Origin: Actinomycetota bacterium | GTDB lineage: Bacteria > Actinomycetota > UBA4738 > HRBIN12 | NCBI GenBank assembly: GCA_048594645.1 | Contig: JBMDWR010000167.1 | Coordinates: 1-55,658 of the forward strand | DNA length: 55,658 nt | Direction of reading: 5' to 3' | In this document: positions 9,601-17,846 of the stretch, piece by piece | How the letters are laid out: each line of letters begins with the position of its first letter | Numbering within the stretch: the stretch's first letter is position 1 | Position numbers and translations under genes: made by a program | Notes under the pieces: generated by a model | Database searches by the model: none | What the model was told of the DNA's origin: nothing | What the model saw: only the letters and a program-made list of their open reading frames with translations

Positions 9601-10586
9601 CACGAGAGCGCGTTCCCGCCCTTCTGGTGCGCCGACGAAGCCGCGAACCGCTTCTCGCGCTCCTGGGGATCGGCGACGACACGGAGCCAGCTGGCCATCA
9701 TGTTGATCGAGAGCACGGTGATCGCGATCGCCAGGCCGGGCCACGTCACCAGCCACCATGCGCTGAAGATGTAGTCCTGTCCCTGCGCGACCATCAGCCC
9801 CCACGACACCTGCGGCGGCTGGATCCCCAGACCCAGGAAGGACAGGGCCGACTCGGCCAGGATGATGCGCGCGAACTCGAGGACGCCCAGCGTCATGAGC
9901 GGCGAGGTGAGGTTCGGCGTGATGTGCCTGAAGATCACGCGTCTGGGTCTGCAGCCGACGATCTCGGCGGCGTCGATGTAGGCGGTCTCGCGCAGGGAGA
10001 GCACGACGCCTCGGGTCATGCGCGCGTACACCATCCATCCGTTCAGCGCGAGGACGACGATCACGCTGTTCATGCTGGGTTGGATGACCGCGAGGATCAC
10101 CAGGGCGAGCAGCAGACCGGGGAACGCCACCTGGATGTCGGCGATCCGCATGATCACCGCGTCGACGCGCCCGCCGCGATAGCCCGCCCACATCCCCATC
10201 ACGGTGCCGAACGTCCCCGCGAGGACGACCACGGCGAAGCCCACGATCAGCGTCACGCGCGATCCCCAGATGATGCGGGACAGGATGTCGCGGCCGAGGC
10301 TGTCGGTGCCCAGGACGTGCGACAGGCTGCCCGCGTCCGTCCAGAACGGAGGCAGGAGCGAGCGACTGAGGTCCTGCTCGGCAGGGTCGTACGGCGCGAG
10401 CAGCGGGGCGAAGACCGCGACGGCGACCAGGAGAAGCACCACGACGACGCCGAACAGCCCCGCCTTGTCACCTCGGATCTCGCGCAACGCGCTGCGGAGC
10501 GAGCGGAGGACCTCGTACGGCCGCCCACGGAGGAGTTCCTCTTCCTGCTCGGCGAGGATCTCTTCGTCTACGTCGATGCGTGCCAT
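9600..10586 (-). CDS. ABC transporter permease (OppC/DppC-like)
   Basis: Start ATG 10586 (MARIDVDEEIL...) lies 1 nt after the upstream permease stop. It has multiple hydrophobic segments and the BPD-transport EAA-like region ...RETAYIDAAEIVGCRPRRVIFRHITPN. Confidence 0.9.
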   Translation of the reverse strand: MARIDVDEEILAEQEEELLRGRPYEVLRSLRSALREIRGDKAGLFGVVVVLLLVAVAVFAPLLAPYDPAEQDLSRSLLPPFWTDAGSLSHVLGTDSLGRDILSRIIWGSRVTLIVGFAVVVLAGTFGTVMGMWAGYRGGRVDAVIMRIADIQVAFPGLLLALVILAVIQPSMNSVIVVLALNGWMVYARMTRGVVLSLRETAYIDAAEIVGCRPRRVIFRHITPNLTSPLMTLGVLEFARIILAESALSFLGLGIQPPQVSWGLMVAQGQDYIFSAWWLVTWPGLAIAITVLSINMMASWLRVVADPQEREKRFAASSAHQKGGNALS

Positions 10587-10587
10587 A

Positions 10588-11508
10588 TCAGGCCAATTGG
10601 ATCCGCGGGTCGATCGCCTTGTACATGACATCGATCGCGACGTTCACGACGACCACGATGACCGCCACCACGAACACGATCGCTTGGAGCAGGATCAGGT
10701 CCTGTCTCGTGATCGACTGGATCGCGAGGTAGCCGACGCCCGGCCACTGGAACACCGTCTCGACGATGACCGAGTAGCCCGCGAGCGCCCTGATCGTCTC
10801 CCAGCCCGTGAGGGTGAGCGCCGGGACGCCGACGTTGCGCAGCGCGTGGACGCCCACGACGCGCACGCCCGGCATGCCCTTGGCCGTTGCCATCTTCACG
10901 TACTGCTGGTTGAGCTCGTCGATCATCGAGGACCGCACGATCATCGCGAGGCGCCCGATCGCCGGCAACGCGAGCGTGATGACCGGCAGGATCAGGTTCT
11001 GCCAGTCCCCGATCCCAAGGGGCGGCAGCCATCCGAGGCGCACCGAGAACACGATGATCAGCAGCAGACCGAGCCAGAACTGCGGGATCGAGAGCCCCAA
11101 GAGGCTGAGCACCACCGTGACCCTGTCGAGGAGCTTGCCCGGCCGCAGCGCCGCGATCACCCCCAGCGGAACCGCGACGATGACCATCAGCGCCATCGCC
11201 GGGATCACCAGTTGCAGGGTTCTGGGGATGTGCTCGAAAACGATCTCCATCGCAGGACGGGCCTGCCAGATCGATTCGCCGAAGTCGCCCCGGACGACAT
11301 CTCCCAGGTAGTCGCCGAACTGGACGGGGATGGGTCGGTCGAAGCCCAGCTCGTGCTCGAACGCCGCGCGTTGCTCTTCGGTTGCCTCGAGCGGCAGGAG
11401 CACGTCCACGGGATCGCCGACCAGCCGCGTGACAACGAACACCACCACCGTCACGAAGAAGATGACGATGATCCCCTGGACGATCCTCCGGGCGACGAAC
11501 CGACCCAA
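10588..11508 (-). CDS. ABC transporter permease (OppB/DppB-like)
   Basis: 306 aa. MGRFVARRIVQGIIVIFFVTVVVFVVTRLVGDPV is the typical DppB N-terminus. It also has an EAA-like loop ...QQYVKMATAKGMPGVRVVGVHALRN. Confidence 0.9.
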   Translation of the reverse strand: MGRFVARRIVQGIIVIFFVTVVVFVVTRLVGDPVDVLLPLEATEEQRAAFEHELGFDRPIPVQFGDYLGDVVRGDFGESIWQARPAMEIVFEHIPRTLQLVIPAMALMVIVAVPLGVIAALRPGKLLDRVTVVLSLLGLSIPQFWLGLLLIIVFSVRLGWLPPLGIGDWQNLILPVITLALPAIGRLAMIVRSSMIDELNQQYVKMATAKGMPGVRVVGVHALRNVGVPALTLTGWETIRALAGYSVIVETVFQWPGVGYLAIQSITRQDLILLQAIVFVVAVIVVVVNVAIDVMYKAIDPRIQLA

Positions 11509-11536
11509 ACCTTGCCCTCCGGTCCGCGGGCCTGCC

Positions 11537-13069
11537 CTACCCGCTCAGCGACATCTCCTTCACGAGCAGCTTCGCGTCGACCCTGGGCTCCCAGACCAGG
11601 TCCGCGCTCATGCCGTAGATGTCCTGGATGTTGAGCAGGAACGTGAAGTATGCACCGTTACAGGCGATCTCGGTGGCCTGCTCGTACAGCGCCTGACGAG
11701 CGGCCTCGTCCGTCTCGTTGCGCGCCTCGTCGAGCAGCCCGTTCAGCTCGTCGTCGTTGTTCGAGGCTCCGATCCCGTCGGGGTCGTAGTAGGTCGACAG
11801 GTTCCGGTCCGCGTCCAGCAGCTCGTTCGAGCTCGTGACGAAGATGGCGTCCGGCCGCACCTCGCCGAACAGCCGGTTCAGGTACTCGTCGAACTCGAAG
11901 ATCCGCACGTCGGTCTGGACCCCGGCCGCGTCCCAGTAACCAGCGACCGCCTCGATCAGCTCGCGGTCCTTGAGCCACCTGCCCGACTCGCCGACGAGCT
12001 CGATCTTGGCGCCCGCCGCACCCGCCGAGGAGATCAGGGACTTCGCCTGTTCGGGGTCGTACGGGTACGCGGACAGGTTCGCGTTGTACCCCGTCCACGA
12101 TGGGCTCAGGATCTGACAGTCGTCCACCGTCGCGAAGCCACCGAACAGGCTCTCCGCCAGGGCTTCCTTGTCGACGGCGAGGTTCAGCGCCTCCCGGACC
12201 TGCGGATCGGCCGTCACGCCGTCGTCGACGTTGAGGATGATGACCGGGTGCTCCAGCCCCTGGACGGTCGCGAACTGCTTGCCCGCGCCCTCGACCGTGG
12301 CGGTGTCCTCCGGCAGCAGGTTCGTGATCAGCTGGAACTGGTCCGCGAGCAGACCGGAGACCCTGGTTCCGGACTCCGCCACGAAGTTGTACGTGACGGT
12401 GTCGATCGCGGGAGCGCCACCCCAGTAATCGGGGTTGGCCTCCAAGGTGATGTGGTCTCCCTTGGCCCACTCGACGAACGTGTACGGCCCGGTTCCCACC
12501 GGGTTCTCGGCGAGATCCGGCGCATCCACCGCGCTCGCCGGGATCATCTTCATCCAGTACATACGGGCCGGCAGCAGCGGGTCGGGCCCCTCCGTCGTGA
12601 TGTTGACGGTGAGGTCGTCGACCTTCTCCGCTCCGGTGATACCGGTGAAGAACCCGGCCTGCTGCGACTCGTCACCGAGCTCGACGATGCGGTTCACGCT
12701 GGCGGCGACCGAATCCGCGTTGAACGGCTCGCCGTTGGTGAACTCGATGCCGTCCTGCAGCGTGAACTCCCAGGTCGTGTCGTCGACCTGCGTCGGCTCC
12801 GCTGCCGCGAGTCCTGTGGTGAGCTCGCCGTCCGTGGTACGAGCCATCAGGGTCTCGTAGATGTTGTCCGTGACGGCTCGCTCGCCGCCGTCGTCCGCGA
12901 TCTGCGGGTCGAGCGTCGTCGGCTCCGAACCGATCGCGATCGTGATCTCACCACCCGAGACGGGTTCACCGGTGGTGCCGTTCCCGTCGTCATCGCCGCC
13001 ACCGCAGGACGCACCCAGGAGCGCCACCGCGAACACGAGCGCGAGGTTGCGTACGAGCTTCCTGACCAC
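11537..13069 (-). CDS. ABC transporter substrate-binding lipoprotein, family 5 (peptide/nickel/opine type)
   Basis: GTG 13069 is preceded by GGGAAGAGGG. The signal peptide with lipobox LLGASC is followed by a Gly/Asp linker. The body (ITIAIGSEPTTLDPQ..., VGTGPYTFVEW..GDHITLEANPDYWGG) is a classical SBP_bac_5. The 1115-aa track ORF is an N-terminal read-through. Confidence 0.9.
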   Translation of the reverse strand: MVRKLVRNLALVFAVALLGASCGGGDDDGNGTTGEPVSGGEITIAIGSEPTTLDPQIADDGGERAVTDNIYETLMARTTDGELTTGLAAAEPTQVDDTTWEFTLQDGIEFTNGEPFNADSVAASVNRIVELGDESQQAGFFTGITGAEKVDDLTVNITTEGPDPLLPARMYWMKMIPASAVDAPDLAENPVGTGPYTFVEWAKGDHITLEANPDYWGGAPAIDTVTYNFVAESGTRVSGLLADQFQLITNLLPEDTATVEGAGKQFATVQGLEHPVIILNVDDGVTADPQVREALNLAVDKEALAESLFGGFATVDDCQILSPSWTGYNANLSAYPYDPEQAKSLISSAGAAGAKIELVGESGRWLKDRELIEAVAGYWDAAGVQTDVRIFEFDEYLNRLFGEVRPDAIFVTSSNELLDADRNLSTYYDPDGIGASNNDDELNGLLDEARNETDEAARQALYEQATEIACNGAYFTFLLNIQDIYGMSADLVWEPRVDAKLLVKEMSLSG

Positions 13070-13102
13070 GCCCTCTTCCCCCCTTCGGGATCGGCCGAAC
13101 GA

Positions 13103-13124
13103 GGTATCTTGACGTTCAGATACG
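13103..13124. promoter_or_regulatory. palindromic operator copy 3 (GGTATCT-TGACGTTC-AGATACG)
   Basis: Lies 35 nt upstream of the SBP start in the divergent region shared with the UbiX-like gene. The 6-bp arms GTATCT/AGATAC are perfect. The full 20-mer is near-palindromic about its central C|G. Confidence 0.7.
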
Positions 13125-13195
13125 TTGGAAGTCAAGCCAGGGTCAGGCTCCTGACCAGGGCGAACGGTATCGGGGAGGGTAAACTGCCGGGCCTC

Positions 13196-13738
13196 GTGAG
13201 CCAACCGGACCGAAACGTCGCGAGCCAGCCCACGGCGACGCGACTCGTCGTCGGGCTGACCGGCATCGCCGACACGTGGATCGGGCTTCGCCTCCTCGAG
13301 ATGCTTCGGGGCACGGAGATCGAATCGCACGTCGTGATGTGCGGATGCGTTCGAACCGAGGACGCGCGCGCCGCCGACCGCGTGATGGACCTGTCCGACC
13401 GCACGTACGACGAGTGGAACCAGGCAGCGAAGATCTCGAGCGGGTCGTTCCTCACGCTCGGCATGGTGGTGGCGCCGTGCAGCGCTCGGTCGCTTCGGTC
13501 GATCGCGATGGGGTACGCCAACACGCTGATCCATCGAGCGGCAGACGTCACGATGAAGGAGGGTCGCCCTCTCGATCTCCTCGTCACGGACGGAACGCTC
13601 GCCCCCTCGGACCGCCGACACGTGGAGCGGCTGTCGAACGTCCCCGGGGTCCGGGTCCTGCCGACCATCGGATCGCCGGAGGACGTGCTCGCGCCCGTGC
13701 TCGAGCGGCTCGAGATCGCCGATCGGACGCCGACCTAG
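13196..13738 (+). CDS. UbiX/HFCD-fold flavoprotein paralog with degenerate cofactor motifs
   Basis: This is the C-terminal part of ORF 11330..13738. GTG 13196 is the first start after the intergenic region. RLVVGLTGIADTWIGLRLLEML...ISSGSFLTLGMVVAPCSARSL...LIHRAADVTMKEGRPL aligns with the canonical UbiX at 16801..17433. It lacks the G-x-[ST]-G-A loop and the MPPVPAFY segment. Confidence 0.65.
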   Translation: MSQPDRNVASQPTATRLVVGLTGIADTWIGLRLLEMLRGTEIESHVVMCGCVRTEDARAADRVMDLSDRTYDEWNQAAKISSGSFLTLGMVVAPCSARSLRSIAMGYANTLIHRAADVTMKEGRPLDLLVTDGTLAPSDRRHVERLSNVPGVRVLPTIGSPEDVLAPVLERLEIADRTPT

Positions 13739-14904
13739 GCCGCGGCGCCGGCATCGGGCACCGAGGCGCGCACGCGAGCGCGCCGCGCGAGGAGCGCGAG
13801 CAGCGCGGGAAGCACCGCCGCCACGATCAGGGTCGGCTGCAGCCCGAACACCGACGCCCCCACGCCGATCGCCGCACTCATCAGCGCCCCGAGACCGATC
13901 TGCAGCGAGCGGAACAGACCGAGCATCGCACCACGGCTCCCGAACGCGTCCAGTGCCAAGACGTTGGCGACCGGTCCGAGCGCCGCGACGCCCGCGGCGA
14001 ACGCGGTGGCCGCGACGAGCGCCAGTGCGACGAACGGCACGGACGTCCAACCGGCGCCGACGATGCCGAGCAGCAATCCCACCTCGCCCGCCGTCCGCAG
14101 CGCGCCGATCCGATCGGACCGGTGCCCGGCGACCAGCTTCGACGGGACCGAGAACACCCGCGCCACGGCGAGCGCGATGGCGGCCCCCGACGCCGTCATG
14201 CCCCACGAGGAGACGGCGAAGGTTGGCAGGAACGAGATGGTGCCGTACTGCGAGGCGGCGGCGAGCCCTCCGACGGCGAGCGGCGTCCCCAGGGCCCTGT
14301 GCCAGCCCTCGGTCGACTCGGTGCGGCGCGGTGGCCGGCCGGGAAGCTTCGCCAGGGACACGGCACCGGCGGCCACGGCCGAGAGCGCGGCGGACCCGAG
14401 GAACGCGCCGTGCCAGTCGCCCGAGCTCCAGATCGCGGCGAGCAGGGCGGCCGAGGCGAGCCCCGCCGAGAACGAGATGCCGAAGAACCCCATCGCCAGG
14501 CCGCGCCTCCCCGAGCCCGCGAGGTCGGCTGCCGAGTACAGCCCCGACGCGAAGTACAGCCCCGAGCCGCCTCCGAGCAAGCCCTGCGCCACGAGGAACA
14601 TCGCGGTCGAGTCCGACGCGGCCGCAACGAGGCTTCCCACCGTCGCGACCGAGAGGCCGAGCAGGGCTCCCGCCTTGGGGCCGATGTGCGACAGGGCGAA
14701 GCCGCCTCCGATGTTGCCGACCGAGATCGAGGCCGCGAGGAGCGCGAAGACGAAGCCGGCCTGCGACGTCTCCAGACCGAGATCGTGACGGGCCGCCGGG
14801 AAGATCGGGGCGAGAAGGGAGTCCGAGCAGGTCGCGGCCAGGTACCCGGCATTGATGGCGGCGAAGGAGGCCCTGCGCCCCCACCCGTTGCGTTCCGTCG
14901 TCAC
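13735..14904 (-). CDS. MFS transporter
   Basis: ~389 codons of ORF 13735..15369, highly hydrophobic with a 12-TM-like periodicity. An MFS loop-like motif GHRSDRIG lies in the C-terminal half, between predicted TM segments. GTG 14904 is proposed as the start, but no good RBS was seen and the start is uncertain. The stop overlaps the convergent UbiX-like stop by 4 nt. Confidence 0.8.
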   Translation of the reverse strand: MTTERNGWGRRASFAAINAGYLAATCSDSLLAPIFPAARHDLGLETSQAGFVFALLAASISVGNIGGGFALSHIGPKAGALLGLSVATVGSLVAAASDSTAMFLVAQGLLGGGSGLYFASGLYSAADLAGSGRRGLAMGFFGISFSAGLASAALLAAIWSSGDWHGAFLGSAALSAVAAGAVSLAKLPGRPPRRTESTEGWHRALGTPLAVGGLAAASQYGTISFLPTFAVSSWGMTASGAAIALAVARVFSVPSKLVAGHRSDRIGALRTAGEVGLLLGIVGAGWTSVPFVALALVAATAFAAGVAALGPVANVLALDAFGSRGAMLGLFRSLQIGLGALMSAAIGVGASVFGLQPTLIVAAVLPALLALLARRARVRASVPDAGAAA

Positions 14905-14969
14905 GTGGGCCGTCCCGTGCCGCTCGTTCCCATCCTCCGGCGGACGGCCCGCCGCCGCCCGGGATGCAC

Positions 14970-14991
14970 GGTATCTTACCGTCGAGACATC
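14970..14991. promoter_or_regulatory. palindromic operator copy 4, degenerate right arm (GGTATCT-TACCGTCG-AGACATC)
   Basis: Lies in the divergent region between the MFS gene (start ~14904) and the PNPOx-like gene (start 15004). The left arm and the CGT spacer core are conserved. The right arm has a two-base change (AGACAT versus AGATAC). Confidence 0.5.
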
Positions 14992-15003
14992 GGGAGGCGC
15001 CGC

Positions 15004-15474
15004 GTGACCCGCGAGATCAGCGATCGACTGCCGGACCAGGTGATGCGCGCCTTCGACGGACGCGACGTCGAGGGGAAGATCGGCATCGCGTACCTGTTGA
15101 TGACGGTCGATCCGGAAGGCACGCCACGCCCGTGCATGCTCTCGGCCGGTGAGATCTTGGCGCCGGACGACCGGCATCTGCGCGTCGCGCTGTGGCCGGG
15201 CACCAACACGACGCGCAACCTGACGAACGGCGGCCCCGTCCTGCTGTGCTACGTGGCGCCGGGGACGACGCTGTACGTGCGCGCGCGCCCGCGCGCGCTC
15301 GGCCGGTCGGAGGAGGTGCGCCTCGAACGCTTCGAGCTGGACGTGGTCTCCGTGGAGACGGACGCCCATCCCGGGATGCCGGTGACGAGCCCCATCACGT
15401 TCGAGGTGGCGTCGGGCGACGTCGCGAAGGTCGCCGACTCATGGCGCGAGCAGCTCCGCGCGCTCGCGGAATGA
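15004..15474 (+). CDS. pyridoxamine 5'-phosphate oxidase-like (FMN/F420-binding split-barrel) family protein
   Basis: GTG 15004 lies 6 nt after GGGAGG. The pattern ...IAYLLMTVDPEGTPRPCMLSAGEI...LRVALWPGTNTTRNLTNGGPVLL... follows the PNPOx-like pattern (TVD-x2-G-x-P ... s-x-t-x-NL). The assignment rests on pattern recognition only. Confidence 0.55.
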   Translation: MTREISDRLPDQVMRAFDGRDVEGKIGIAYLLMTVDPEGTPRPCMLSAGEILAPDDRHLRVALWPGTNTTRNLTNGGPVLLCYVAPGTTLYVRARPRALGRSEEVRLERFELDVVSVETDAHPGMPVTSPITFEVASGDVAKVADSWREQLRALAE

Positions 15475-15484
15475 CGAACGCGTT

Positions 15485-16804
15485 TCATGATGCGAGCGCC
15501 TCGCGGGCGCGGTCGATCCACCATCCCAGGCACGCCACCGCGTTCCGGCGCGCGCGCGGGTCCGGGTTCATCACGGCCTCGAACCCGAAGTAGCACCCCG
15601 CCTGGACCAACGTTGCGAACAGGCACGCGCGCAGGGCGTCCCGGTCGACCCGCGCAGCCCCCTCGATCGCCGCGTCCAGGACGGGGGCCGGACCTCCCGG
15701 ATGGGCGGTCCCGAGGTTGAAGGCCAGCCACGTGAGGTCAAGGGCCGGCGGAGCGACGGCGGCGAGCCCCCAGTCGATCAAGGTCACGCGTGGCCCGCGG
15801 AAGCCGGCGTTGGCGGGCCGCAGGTCGCCGTGCACGAGCGACGCCGGATGCGAACGCAGCCGGTCGGCGAGCTCCCTCGGGCGCTCCAACGCCGACGCGA
15901 GCGCGTCCGCGACGTCATCGGGAACGACCCTCGGCAGGAGCTCCCAGCCGCGGCCGATCACCTTCGGCGCCAGGTCGGATCCGGCGCGCTCGCGCTCGGC
16001 CGTCGCGGGTGCGAAGGCGAGCAAACGGTCCTCCAGGGTGCACAGGGAGCCTTCGCTCGGCGGCTCGACGTGGGCCTGCATCCCTGCGACGGCACCGGCG
16101 AGGCGGCGGATGCCAGCGATCGACGTTCGCCGCGGGGCGAGCCCGGTCGACAGATCTCGCATCACGACGATGCGTTCCCCTCCGTGCTCGATCACGCCGA
16201 CGACGCCGTGGTCGACGAACGCGCCGACCCGCTCGAGCACGCCCGCCCGCCACAACCACGCCTCCCGTCCGCGGTCGTGGGTCGCTCGCTGGAGCCAGCT
16301 GCCCAGGGGCCGCAGACGCTTCGCGAAGAAGACGGAGCCGTCGACCGTCTTCCACCGTTCGACGAGCGTGCCCGAGATGCCCGGTTCGACCTGCCAGCGC
16401 CGCACCACGCGCGGCAGTCCGAGCCCGCGGACGTCCGGCAGCGGCGGCAGCTCGGGCAGCGGTGCTCGCTCGGGAAGCACGACGTGCACCGCGATGGTCC
16501 CGTCCCGGAGGTGGACCAGATGACGACGACGGCGCCGCGTTCCGTCCTCGAGCCGCGACTCGATCCGAACGATCGCGCCGCCGGGCACGGCTCGGCTGCT
16601 CAACACCCCGGGACGTCCCGGCAGGAACAGCGAGCCGAGCGATGCGTGCACGGCGTCGTGGCCGTCGATCCTGACCGACCGTTCCGGGACGTTGACGTCG
16701 AGCGCCGCATCGGACGCGTACAGTGCCGCCAGGCCGGTCGCGTCGCCTGCGGTTGCCCGCACCAGGAGCCGTTCGAGGCTGCCCGGCGCCGGGTGGTGCG
16801 TCAC
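15485..16804 (-). CDS. two-domain protein: N-terminal NTF2/SnoaL-like domain fused to an APH/choline-kinase-type phosphotransferase domain
   Basis: GTG 16804 overlaps the ubiX stop (GTGA). The N-terminal ~110 aa (LERLLVRATAGDATGLAALYASDAALDV...) are NTF2-like. The C-terminal part has the kinase catalytic loop LVHGDLRPANAGF and the metal-binding LIDWG motif of the PF01636-type fold. Confidence 0.75.
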   Translation of the reverse strand: MTHHPAPGSLERLLVRATAGDATGLAALYASDAALDVNVPERSVRIDGHDAVHASLGSLFLPGRPGVLSSRAVPGGAIVRIESRLEDGTRRRRRHLVHLRDGTIAVHVVLPERAPLPELPPLPDVRGLGLPRVVRRWQVEPGISGTLVERWKTVDGSVFFAKRLRPLGSWLQRATHDRGREAWLWRAGVLERVGAFVDHGVVGVIEHGGERIVVMRDLSTGLAPRRTSIAGIRRLAGAVAGMQAHVEPPSEGSLCTLEDRLLAFAPATAERERAGSDLAPKVIGRGWELLPRVVPDDVADALASALERPRELADRLRSHPASLVHGDLRPANAGFRGPRVTLIDWGLAAVAPPALDLTWLAFNLGTAHPGGPAPVLDAAIEGAARVDRDALRACLFATLVQAGCYFGFEAVMNPDPRARRNAVACLGWWIDRAREALAS

Positions 16805-17433
16805 GAGCTCGCGTCGCCTCCGCCGCCGGGTGCGATCCGCGGCGTCCAGCCCTGCCTCCGACGTTCGCCCCATCGACGGACGAGGTCGTGGCCCACCCCG
16901 AAGTGGTCCAGCATCCGCCCCACGGTGTGGTCGACCATCTCGTCGAGCGACCTCGGCCTGGCGTAGAACGCTGGCACCGGCGGCATGACGATCGCCCCGG
17001 CCTTCGCGACGGCCAGCATGTTCTCGAGGTGGATCACCGAGAACGGTGACTCGCGCACGAGGAGCAGCAGGCGTCTCCCCTCCATCAGGGAGACCTCGGC
17101 AGCGCGGTGGACGAGGTTCTCCGTGATCCCGTGGGCCACGGCCGCGAGCGACTTCATGCTGCACGGGGCCACGATCATCCCGCGGGTGAGGAGGTCGCCG
17201 GACGCCGGCGGTGCATCCAGATCGTCCTCGCTGTAGACGTGGTCGGCGAGCGCCCGCACGTCCGACGGCTTCCACGAGGTCTCTGCGGCGATCGTCTTCT
17301 CCGCCCAGCGGCTCACGACCAGGTGGGTCTCGATCCCTTCGGCACCCAGGACCTCGAGCGTTCGGATGCCGTAGATCGCCCCCGTGGCCCCGGTGATCGC
17401 CACGACGATCGGCAGGTGATCGTCGCCGGACAT
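16801..17433 (-). CDS. ubiX: UbiX family flavin prenyltransferase (prFMN synthase)
   Basis: 210 aa. IVVAITGATGAIYGIRTLEVL, MIVAPCSMKSLAAVAHG, VHRAAEVSLMEGRRLLLLVRESP and IVMPPVPAFYARP are all canonical UbiX/Pad1 motifs. Confidence 0.9.
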   Translation of the reverse strand: MSGDDHLPIVVAITGATGAIYGIRTLEVLGAEGIETHLVVSRWAEKTIAAETSWKPSDVRALADHVYSEDDLDAPPASGDLLTRGMIVAPCSMKSLAAVAHGITENLVHRAAEVSLMEGRRLLLLVRESPFSVIHLENMLAVAKAGAIVMPPVPAFYARPRSLDEMVDHTVGRMLDHFGVGHDLVRRWGERRRQGWTPRIAPGGGGDASS

Positions 17434-17451
17434 CTCACGCGAGGGAGCGGC

Positions 17452-17829
17452 TCAGGACGACACGTCCTGACCGTAGGGTCCGCTCGTGATGCCGTAGATG
17501 TTGCCATCGGGCCCGCGGAAGTGCGCCCAGGCGAACTCGCCCCAGGTGTGGTTCGCGTGGAGGAACTCGACACCGCGCCCTTCGAGCTCCGAGCGAGCCG
17601 CATCGAGGTCGTCCACGAGGAACTCCACCACGATGCCGCCCTTGAACTCGGCGTAGTGCTCGTGCCCGGGCGCGAAGACCTCGACCCAGTCGCCGCTCGA
17701 GACGCGCAGAACCGTGAGCGTGTCCGACGCGTGGAACGTGGACAGCCCCAGCACGTCACGGAAGAACGTCACCGTCTCGTCGTACCGGTCGGTCGCCGTC
17801 CCGGCCCACACGATCCCCTTGATCTCCAC
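17452..17829 (-). CDS. VOC (glyoxalase/bleomycin resistance/dioxygenase) family protein
   Basis: GTG 17829 is preceded by GAGGAGGGA, 18 nt after the large-subunit stop. It is a 125-aa single VOC module (IKGIVWAGTATDRYDETVTFFRDVLGL...VEFLVDDLDAARSELEGRGVEF). Confidence 0.8.
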   Translation of the reverse strand: MEIKGIVWAGTATDRYDETVTFFRDVLGLSTFHASDTLTVLRVSSGDWVEVFAPGHEHYAEFKGGIVVEFLVDDLDAARSELEGRGVEFLHANHTWGEFAWAHFRGPDGNIYGITSGPYGQDVSS

Positions 17830-17846
17830 CGCTGCTCCCTCCTCGT

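Noticed and set aside
13141-13156. Perfect small palindrome GGTCAGG-CT-CCTGACC in the leader of the UbiX-like gene.
   Set aside because: It is a single occurrence with a 7-bp stem and a 2-nt loop, which is sterically poor as an RNA hairpin. No related sequence appears at the other promoters, so no function can be supported.
13070-14884. N-terminal extension of the substrate-binding-protein ORF (track ORF 11537..14884). Comparable long 5' extensions occur for ORFs 4632..7526, 8578..10191, 15485..17275, 17847..20639, 42784..45177, 47515..49752 and 52953..55535.
   Set aside because: The extensions overlap well-supported neighbouring genes in other frames and lack homology-like sequence. Internal starts with RBS-like sequences or 4-nt stop/start overlaps give products of normal family length.
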